This document shows, one piece after another, positions 30,413 through 36,403 of a stretch of DNA of 36,403 nt. Location of the stretch: the NCBI GenBank assembly GCA_021300075.1, contig JAJTIB010000012.1, positions 1 to 36,403 on the forward strand, written 5' to 3'. The position numbers were made by a program, and so were the translations under genes. Every line of letters starts with the position of its first letter. Within the stretch, counting starts at the first letter, position 1. The notes under the pieces were generated by a model. That model was not told the origin of the DNA, ran no database searches, and was given only the letters and a program-made list of their open reading frames with translations. Origin of the DNA: Rickettsiales bacterium (GTDB lineage: Bacteria; Pseudomonadota; Alphaproteobacteria; Rickettsiales; UBA3002).

Positions 30413-32610
30413 TATCCGTTCCTCGCTTTATGCCGCCCCATCTGCGCGGCGAGCTTACTCATGATTTGTCCTTGGCTTTCCATGAAGCTCTGCGCGTTCG
30501 GGGTGGTGATGTTGAAGGTGATATTGTTGCCGCCCATCTTGGTGTTTTTGGGCAGTACGGTTTCACCCTTTTGTAAAATGGCGGGGAACTCATCGGGCAT
30601 CAGGCCATTATGGAAGCGCGGCGCACCTGCGAACGCATAAGCAGGCACAGCGCGGCGGGAAACACCCGAAACACCGACAACACCCCCATCATGGAACAGG
30701 CTGCCGAAGATACTGCCGAAAATGTCACCACCGCTGCCCTTGGCAAAATCACCCAGCGCACCCGCAATCGGTCCCGTGATTTGCTGACGAATGAACATCC
30801 GCAAAATGTCCTGCTCGATGGACTGCACCAGATCACCCAGCTTCTTGAAGGAAAACTCGCCACTGGTGACCATATCCACCAGCGTGTCCTCCACCTTGGT
30901 GGCCGCACTGCCGAATAAATCCTCCGCGTTTTTGGCTGCGTTGGTGGCTTCATCGGCATAGCGTTTGAGCGCACGACTTGCGCCATCCTCCCATTTATCG
31001 CTATCGAGCAACGACTTGTTGTAAATCTCCTTGAGCTTCACCGAGTAAATCTGCTCGATTTTGTCGATATATTCCTGGTTGGCTTCGGTCGCGCCGCCGA
31101 GATTCTCGATCAGCTTGGCTTTCCACTCATCCAGTGCCTGCTTTGCCAAATCGTAGGAAGGCTTGGTCTGCAAAAGCGCACGGTTTACTTCCTGAATGGC
31201 GCGTTTGCGGGTTTCTTCGCTGTCATCTTTTGTGCTGACTGAAGATTTTGCCGTCGTTTTATTGGCATCGGCCAGCTTTGCCTTGGTGGAGGCATTGAGC
31301 GCAGCCAGTGCTTCCCGCGCAGCTTCACTATTTGCATCCCCTTTATTGAGGGCGAGGATCTGCTTGCGACGTTCTTCCGCATCCCGCAGGATTTTCTGCT
31401 GCGAGGTGAGTGTTACATCCTCATATTCCTTCAAATATTTCTTCTGAAGTTCAAGCAGCTGATTATTGCGACGCTCTGCAGCTGCTTTCTCAGCGGCCGT
31501 ACGTGCGTTTTGCGTATCTTCGTCGGCCTTCTTTTGCTCGGCGGCGATCTCGTCGTTAATCTTTTGCAGTTCGCGCTTTTTAGCCTCAAGCCCAGGCGCA
31601 CTGCCAAGCACGGCAATGTCGAGCTTAGTACCGAAGCTGTTCTGCAAATCGGCGATTTCTTCTTCAAGCTGGCTTTTTTGCTGCTCGCGGGTGGGGTTTA
31701 ATGCTTCCTGCAAGCCGCGCACCGCTTTGGTGAGCAGATTCAGGCTAACTTGAGCCGCACCCGATTCGCTGATGGTACGCCCGAAGGATTCCAGCAGATC
31801 ATCCCACGCATCCCCCAGCTGGTTAGCTGCACCCGTTAAGCCTTGCGCCTGCGCGTCCGCCAGCCCTTTGGTTTTTTCTTCCAAATGCTCAAGGATAACC
31901 GCCTGCGCCGAAGCAATGTCGCCTTGTTTAACGAAGTTCTCGATCACCTCCTTCTGGGTGGGTGACAGATCGGAAAACTTCCGCGCCAGCCTGCCAAGCC
32001 CTTCCTCGGGTGATTCCAACGCTTTGCCCAACATATCGGCGGCGGAAGGCACATCAGTTCCCAAACGTACCGCAAGGTCTGCGGAGAGCCGCAGCGCACG
32101 GGTGAATGTCTCACCAGCGACGTTTTGGAAAGATACCAGCGAGGAGGCAGCTTGCTGAATATCCTCTTTCTTAAAGAGCGTGTTGCCTTCCACCGCCTCA
32201 CCAAGCGCGGTGATTTCCTGTGCGGTCACACCGGCGGTGAAATCGGTCGCTTTAAGGGCAGCGTTTAGTTGGTTAAGGGCTTGCTCGGCTTCCTTAAACT
32301 CTTTGATCCCACCAGCAACCGCAAGGCCGAGCGTGCCAATGACAGCGGCGGCGGCCAGCCCAACGGGACCAAGCCGCGTGAGGCTTGCCCCGAGCGAACC
32401 CGTGCCGCCTGCAAGGTTTTCCATGCCATAGCGAACTTGCTCGCTCACCACATTCACCGCCACCAGCGACTTGCTGGCGGGAGCTGTGGCTTCCTTGATT
32501 TTGGCGAGCGCACGTTGTCCCGCTTCACCAGTGAGGGTTAATTCACGGCGGGTTTTATCGCCGTCAAGAACCGCTATCCTGATTGAAATGTTCTGCGTTG
32601 CTGTTGCCAT
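30412..32610 (-). CDS. Tail tape measure protein
   Basis: About 730 aa, helical and Ala/Lys/Glu/Gln-rich, located between the chaperones and the baseplate. I chose the start at MATATQNISIRI (32610). Confidence 0.8.
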   Translation of the reverse strand: MATATQNISIRIAVLDGDKTRRELTLTGEAGQRALAKIKEATAPASKSLVAVNVVSEQVRYGMENLAGGTGSLGASLTRLGPVGLAAAAVIGTLGLAVAGGIKEFKEAEQALNQLNAALKATDFTAGVTAQEITALGEAVEGNTLFKKEDIQQAASSLVSFQNVAGETFTRALRLSADLAVRLGTDVPSAADMLGKALESPEEGLGRLARKFSDLSPTQKEVIENFVKQGDIASAQAVILEHLEEKTKGLADAQAQGLTGAANQLGDAWDDLLESFGRTISESGAAQVSLNLLTKAVRGLQEALNPTREQQKSQLEEEIADLQNSFGTKLDIAVLGSAPGLEAKKRELQKINDEIAAEQKKADEDTQNARTAAEKAAAERRNNQLLELQKKYLKEYEDVTLTSQQKILRDAEERRKQILALNKGDANSEAAREALAALNASTKAKLADANKTTAKSSVSTKDDSEETRKRAIQEVNRALLQTKPSYDLAKQALDEWKAKLIENLGGATEANQEYIDKIEQIYSVKLKEIYNKSLLDSDKWEDGASRALKRYADEATNAAKNAEDLFGSAATKVEDTLVDMVTSGEFSFKKLGDLVQSIEQDILRMFIRQQITGPIAGALGDFAKGSGGDIFGSIFGSLFHDGGVVGVSGVSRRAVPAYAFAGAPRFHNGLMPDEFPAILQKGETVLPKNTKMGGNNITFNITTPNAQSFMESQGQIMSKLAAQMGRHKARNG

Positions 32611-32956
32611 GATCGCGAATTGCCTCGTGCAACCCAGCCTCGGCATAATCCAGCAGGCGCAATAATGCCTGTCGGTCATAGCCGAGTACGTCGGTCACAC
32701 TTAAAATGGTTGGAATGTCGAACCCTGCGATTTTACCGCTGGGATAAAGTTTGAACTGGCCGCTACACCGAAGCAGCACTTCCCATGCCTCGAACCCCTC
32801 CATCGAATGCGGTTCGCTTTTGATGTAGGGGCATAATGGTTCGCCCGTTTCGTTTAGCTCGCCTTTGCTACACGGGAGGGCTTCGTCGTGGCATGTTCTG
32901 CAATATCCTGACCCGCCGCCGAAGTGCCATTTACAACGAGCCCAGAGACGTTTCCC
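32564..32956 (-). CDS. Frameshift extension of the tail chaperone (gpT analogue; made as a G-T fusion by -1 frameshifting)
   Basis: The -1 frame is open from the GGGAAAC site down to 32564. The ATG of the tracked ORF at 33019 is probably not used. Confidence 0.55.
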   Translation of the reverse strand, partial: GKRLWARCKWHFGGGSGYCRTCHDEALPCSKGELNETGEPLCPYIKSEPHSMEGFEAWEVLLRCSGQFKLYPSGKIAGFDIPTILSVTDVLGYDRQALLRLLDYAEAGLHEAIRDHGNSNAEHFNQDSGS

Positions 32957-33366
32957 TCCGCGTCCAGCAGGGAAAGTGAAGCGGTGTATTTCTTCCAGAA
33001 ATCCTGCGCGATGAACCAAATATCCATGAGATCGTTCACGGCTTGATCATTCACCACCGCAGGCGCATCACCCGCGCTGTTCAACACGCCTTGCCACTCG
33101 ATCACCGCGCCGCGTGCCATTGCCTTGATAAGCAACGCTTCCGAAAGCCCGTGGCGGGTTTCTTCGTCGTCCACATCAGGCAAATCAGATACATCCGCGC
33201 CGACTTCCGTGCGGGATTTACGTTCTTGCCGCCAGTCGGTGATCTGCTTGATGACGGAAGACTGCGCCGCACTCATAATGGCGGTAGAAAGTGGCCGCAC
33301 TTTGAGTTTCACTTCGGCAGGCAAATCGAGCCAATACGGTTCTTTTTGAAGATTCAATCGTAGCAT
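32854..33366 (-). CDS. Tail assembly chaperone (gpG analogue)
   Basis: 170 aa and acidic, located immediately between the tube and tape-measure genes. It contains an in-frame slippery heptamer. Confidence 0.65.
   Translation of the reverse strand: MLRLNLQKEPYWLDLPAEVKLKVRPLSTAIMSAAQSSVIKQITDWRQERKSRTEVGADVSDLPDVDDEETRHGLSEALLIKAMARGAVIEWQGVLNSAGDAPAVVNDQAVNDLMDIWFIAQDFWKKYTASLSLLDAEGNVSGLVVNGTSAAGQDIAEHATTKPSRVAKAS
32950..32956 (-). promoter_or_regulatory. -1 programmed ribosomal frameshift site G GGA AAC
   Basis: Canonical X XXY YYZ heptamer in the zero frame of the gpG analogue (gaG GGA AAC). After the shift the reading is GKRLWARCKWHF..., which matches the overlapping ORF. Confidence 0.6.
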
Positions 33367-33375
33367 AACACCTCC

Positions 33376-34650
33376 TTATGGGTAGCTGGTGACATCGTTT
33401 TTCAAAACGACGGTGACGGATTTACTGAGTGCGTCGTCATAGACGGCCTGCCAGTTGAAGCTGGCCTGCACGCCGCCTGGTCCCGACACGGGGATGCGCG
33501 GTCGCGGCAGATAAACTTCGTGGAATGTCCAGGTGAGTGAGAAGTTGTTCCCGTCTAATCCCGCCAGCTTGTAGGCAAGCTCCAATTCAATGGCGGTGTT
33601 GTTGATCGCGTCATCCACCAGCGTGGTGTCGGCAAAGCGCACGTCAATGCTGCCATTCACATTGATGATGGTGGGGTCAACCGCTTCAATCAGCCCATCA
33701 TTGCGGATGGTCGGCACCGCCTGCAATCCGTTCGAATAGGTGAACTGTGCGCCCGTGATATTGGCCAGCGATGCACCATTGCGCTTGATCGAGCCGTTGA
33801 ACTGGCTGAATGGCTTATATACGCGACTGGTGGGCGTGCCGCCTTGCGTGGATGCAAAGCGCGTTTCCCCTTGAGCGATGATGTTAAGGGTAGCGTTCGC
33901 TGCACCTGAACGCTGGAAATTCAATGCCATACTTCCCAACATGCAGCCTGTATGCACGAAATAAGCTGGCACATTGGCATGACCGATTTCCGCCGCGAAG
34001 GATGGAAGGCTTGCCGCGCCGCTGACAAAAGTGTGCGTGAAGCCGCCGCCTGAGAGCGTTGCACCGCTTGCCACACCGTTGGCATTGCCAGAAGCCAGCG
34101 TGAAGTTATTGCCCGTTGCCCCCAGCGTATCATGCACGATGTTGAGCTTGGTGCCGCCGCCGTTGGAATAAGTGGCTGGCGTGATGCTGGCATTGACCGA
34201 AGCGTTAAGGTCAGTTGCCAGCTGGGTGAGCGTAGCATTCAGGTTCGCGCCGATATTGGTTTGCGTACCCGTCGCACCCGAGGCAACGAAAGTCCACGTC
34301 ACCCCGTTAATGGTGATGGTATGGGTTGCGCTTGGGTTTGCGGTGAAGGTGATGTCACCCGTTGCCGCCACGCCAGCCGATACAGGGTTGCCGAGTAGCA
34401 GTTGCAGCCAGCGGCCAAAGTCGCGGCCTTCCACTGGCACCACCAGATTGCCTTCGTCGTTAATCACATCACGGAACGGCGCACGCGGTTCGCGGCCTTG
34501 CCCGAGAAGGTCAGAGGAAAGCAGGTTTTGCTCCGCGCTTAAGTCCGAAGACACAAACGCGAACTTTTCCCAGTTACCAGTGGGTTTCACACCGTAAGTG
34601 GATTCTTTCAAGGCAAGCAACGTCGCTGCCGAGCCATAGGATCGAGCCAT
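33376..34650 (-). CDS. Major tail (tube) protein with a large internal insertion
   Basis: 424 aa, located directly upstream of the chaperones and beta-rich. It has a central Thr/Asn/Gly/Ala-rich segment of about 100 aa that small tube proteins lack. Confidence 0.55.
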   Translation of the reverse strand: MARSYGSAATLLALKESTYGVKPTGNWEKFAFVSSDLSAEQNLLSSDLLGQGREPRAPFRDVINDEGNLVVPVEGRDFGRWLQLLLGNPVSAGVAATGDITFTANPSATHTITINGVTWTFVASGATGTQTNIGANLNATLTQLATDLNASVNASITPATYSNGGGTKLNIVHDTLGATGNNFTLASGNANGVASGATLSGGGFTHTFVSGAASLPSFAAEIGHANVPAYFVHTGCMLGSMALNFQRSGAANATLNIIAQGETRFASTQGGTPTSRVYKPFSQFNGSIKRNGASLANITGAQFTYSNGLQAVPTIRNDGLIEAVDPTIINVNGSIDVRFADTTLVDDAINNTAIELELAYKLAGLDGNNFSLTWTFHEVYLPRPRIPVSGPGGVQASFNWQAVYDDALSKSVTVVLKNDVTSYP

Positions 34651-34675
34651 AAGATTTACTCCTGATTAGGGTTGG

Positions 34676-35113
34676 TTAATTGAGCGGGTCGGATGTGAAG
34701 TAGCGCACCATCACCTGCACCGTGGCGGCGCGAACGCTGGCAGCTCCTTCAATCGGTTCGTCTTGAAACTCTGGTGATCTGGCCTCGACCCATTCGGCAA
34801 GCCCATCCAGTGTGCGGTTGCTTGTGATGACTCCGCTTAATGCCACCAGCAGCACGTCTAGCAGCGCGTCGCGGGTGGCAGGGTCAGGGTTTTGCACCAG
34901 CACTTCCACCGTCACCAAATGTTCGTAAATGTAGGTGAGCGGCGAAAGCAGCACTTCGGGGTCTTGGGCGATACCATCACGCATCACCATCATGCCGTTT
35001 GTTGGCACTTGCTCGGGCTTATCGAGGTTGCGATAGACCTTGAGCGTGGCTGTTTCGAGCGTTTTCAGTTTGGTGAAAAGCCGATCCAGCACCTGTTCAC
35101 GTTTGCTCGGCAT
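34676..35113 (-). CDS. Tail terminator / tail completion-like protein
   Basis: 145 aa, located between the neck genes and the tube gene. The call rests on position only. Confidence 0.4.
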   Translation of the reverse strand: MPSKREQVLDRLFTKLKTLETATLKVYRNLDKPEQVPTNGMMVMRDGIAQDPEVLLSPLTYIYEHLVTVEVLVQNPDPATRDALLDVLLVALSGVITSNRTLDGLAEWVEARSPEFQDEPIEGAASVRAATVQVMVRYFTSDPLN

Positions 35114-35762
35114 TGGGGGATACCTCTTTCCAATTCTTCAAAATGGTTTGTGGCAGCTGGCCTTCGCGAGCGTTCACCACGGATTGATAATCCAGACGCT
35201 TTTTGAGCTTCACTTGCGGCACCAGCAGAAACATCACCACCGTGGTGAGGCCGCGCCCTGATTTGAGCGCGGATTCACTGGCTTTGCGGAAACCACCGCG
35301 CTTGCCCGTGCTGGCACGCAGGGAATCCACCACCAGCAGGGAGATTTTCCCTGGGCGATAGACAAAGCGCAGCCGCCCCAGCGAATGCTCGGGGAAGTTT
35401 GACGGGTTAATCCGCTTTCCACCCACACCGCGCTTCGGAGCGGCTTCGGTGGGGATTGCCAGAAAGAACCCATCTTTGCTTTTGATGAGCGCACCTTCAT
35501 TGAAAGCGCGGATCAGCTTCGGGGCTTTGGAAAATACCCAGCCCGCCGCTGAAATAGATTTCTGGCCTTTGGGATAGAGCTTGGCTTGCCAGCTTTTGGC
35601 GAGCTTATTACCCAACCCTGCACCCGTCACTTGCCCCCGCAGGTCGTTCTTTATGCGTTCGGTCACCTCCGCCACGCCAGCAGTGACGGCGGCTTCCGCC
35701 GCCGCCTTTTGCTGCTCCATAAACTTATGAAGGTTTCCCGTGATAGCTGCTTCAATCCGCAT
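35097..35762 (-). CDS. Neck protein (HK97 gp10-position)
   Basis: 221 aa and basic. The call rests on position only. Confidence 0.35.
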   Translation of the reverse strand: MRIEAAITGNLHKFMEQQKAAAEAAVTAGVAEVTERIKNDLRGQVTGAGLGNKLAKSWQAKLYPKGQKSISAAGWVFSKAPKLIRAFNEGALIKSKDGFFLAIPTEAAPKRGVGGKRINPSNFPEHSLGRLRFVYRPGKISLLVVDSLRASTGKRGGFRKASESALKSGRGLTTVVMFLLVPQVKLKKRLDYQSVVNAREGQLPQTILKNWKEVSPNAEQT

Positions 35763-36063
35763 AACAATCGACCTGCCAGATTAACCGCTCTGGGTCGCGG
35801 CGCGGCCTTGCTTGCGTTTTGTAGGTGATGCCGTCGATCATGAACTGGTCACCAGGCACGATGGTGGGGCAGTCAGAGACTTGGACTTCCACCACAAGGG
35901 TGGGAGTTTCAATCACTGACCCGCCCACATCCTGAAACACGTCTGGCGCACGAGTAATCACGCGCACCGAACGGTTCGCACCTAACATTGGCAAGAAAAA
36001 GGCTGGCTTTGACAGATTGCGGTCGTTGAAAAGAGCCTGAATCGCTGTGTCAAAAGCAGTCAT
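35752..36063 (-). CDS. Head-tail joining / head closure-like protein
   Basis: 103 aa. The pattern ...V.V...D.P...PGD...IDG..Y.......D....W...C resembles phage head-tail joining proteins, and the position fits. Confidence 0.45.
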   Translation of the reverse strand: MTAFDTAIQALFNDRNLSKPAFFLPMLGANRSVRVITRAPDVFQDVGGSVIETPTLVVEVQVSDCPTIVPGDQFMIDGITYKTQARPRRDPERLIWQVDCYAD

Positions 36064-36398
36064 TAGCTAATGTACGCAGAGTTCAGGCGCACGTTGCCCA
36101 CCGTATCGCCCGAAGCAGCGGCAGCGGTAGCAACCCCGATTAGCTTGTTCGTAGCAACTGTGGTGGTGCAGTTACGCGCCGCGTTGTCCCAGTAGATTAA
36201 CGCGCCGACTGTCCATGCAGCACCCGTTGCTTTCGTGAGGGTGAACACGCCGTCGGTGATCGCCTCCACCTCGGTGCTGATGGCGGCATCACCTGATGCC
36301 ACACCAAAGAGGGAACCAACCAGCAAGCCTTGACCAGAAGTCAGGGCATACGGGGCTGTGAGGGTCAGAGTTTTGCCCTCCATTACAAAGTTCTTCAT
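36063..36398 (-). CDS. DUF2190-like small head protein (capsid decoration/cement-type)
   Basis: 111 aa. The pattern MKNFV.EG..LTLTAP......G....VG.LFGVA......G.........GVF.L.K......G....YWD matches my recollection of DUF2190. Confidence 0.55.
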   Translation of the reverse strand: MKNFVMEGKTLTLTAPYALTSGQGLLVGSLFGVASGDAAISTEVEAITDGVFTLTKATGAAWTVGALIYWDNAARNCTTTVATNKLIGVATAAAASGDTVGNVRLNSAYIS

Positions 36399-36403
36399 AG
36401 GAT

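Larger units (their letters stand above)
162..36403. mobile_element. Prophage (siphovirus-type with GTA-like tail/baseplate module); left end at the tRNA-fragment/serine-recombinase junction, right end beyond the window
   Basis: One block holds a recombinase, a replication-initiator-like gene, an S24 repressor-like gene, a lysis cassette, and tail, tape-measure, chaperone, tube and neck genes. The phage genes are tightly packed and many have overlapping stop/start codons. Confidence 0.8.

Noticed and set aside
20335-36398. Interpreting the structural block as a gene transfer agent rather than a prophage
   Set aside because: The g12-g15-like genes resemble RcGTA. However, the same contiguous element also carries a recombinase, a replication gene, an S24 repressor-like gene and its own lysis cassette. 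It also has a long tape measure and extra fibre genes. This fits a bona fide temperate phage.
1-36403. CRISPR arrays, rRNA genes, IS elements or transposases, toxin-antitoxin pairs, or recognisable defence systems (RM, Abi, CBASS, retron-type)
   Set aside because: - No spaced direct-repeat array is visible.
- No DDE or HUH transposase-like ORF is present.
- No reverse transcriptase, nuclease-NTPase pair or methyltransferase motif was seen in any plausible ORF.

Overview
The window is the left and central part of a temperate siphovirus-type prophage that carries a ~14.5 kb heavy-metal resistance island as internal cargo. The host is probably an alphaproteobacterium; I infer this from the GTA-like tail and baseplate gene set.

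Layout, left to right:
(1) 1-219: a short non-coding flank. It has a near-consensus sigma70-like promoter and a tRNA-Ser(UGA)-like 3' fragment that overlaps the stop of a large serine recombinase gene, so it is a candidate att junction.
(2) 205-4915, minus strand: the early module. It encodes the serine recombinase, small ORFs, an HTH-like protein, a replication-initiator-like protein with an iteron-like tract in its linker, and an S24 (UmuD/LexA-type) autoprotease without a recognisable HTH.
(3) 5027-5815, plus strand: a divergent putative DNA-binding protein. The two-gene immunity-like module is bracketed on both sides by the same two motif classes: a TGTTCGAACA palindrome and a TAGGGC array / 19-bp inverted repeat.
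(4) 5855-20345, all plus strand: the metal island.
  - A small secreted Cys/His protein, then a czcCBA-type RND system whose TM4 motif is of the divalent-cation type.
  - A His-rich periplasmic protein, a lipoprotein, and a CDF transporter lacking the cytoplasmic domain.
  - A second small secreted Cys-rich protein, then multicopper oxidase + CopB/PcoB.
  - A cupredoxin-CusF fusion, a YHS protein, a very Cys-rich lipoprotein, a DUF2933-like protein and a Cu(I) P1B-ATPase.
  - No regulator, transposase or integrase lies inside the island.
(5) 20335-36398, minus strand: the phage late genes.
  - Lysis cassette: small TM protein, 3-TM holin, GH24 endolysin.
  - An intrinsic terminator.
  - Distal tail and fibre proteins.
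  - GTA-g12 to g15-like baseplate genes, including a 1239-aa host-specificity protein and an NlpC/P60 peptidase.
  - Tape measure.
  - G / G-T tail chaperones with a GGGAAAC -1 frameshift site.
  - A large tail tube protein.
  - Neck and connector genes.
Head, portal and terminase genes lie beyond the right edge.

I found no CRISPR array, rRNA gene, intact tRNA gene or IS element. All functional calls come from motif and family recognition by eye; no searches were run.
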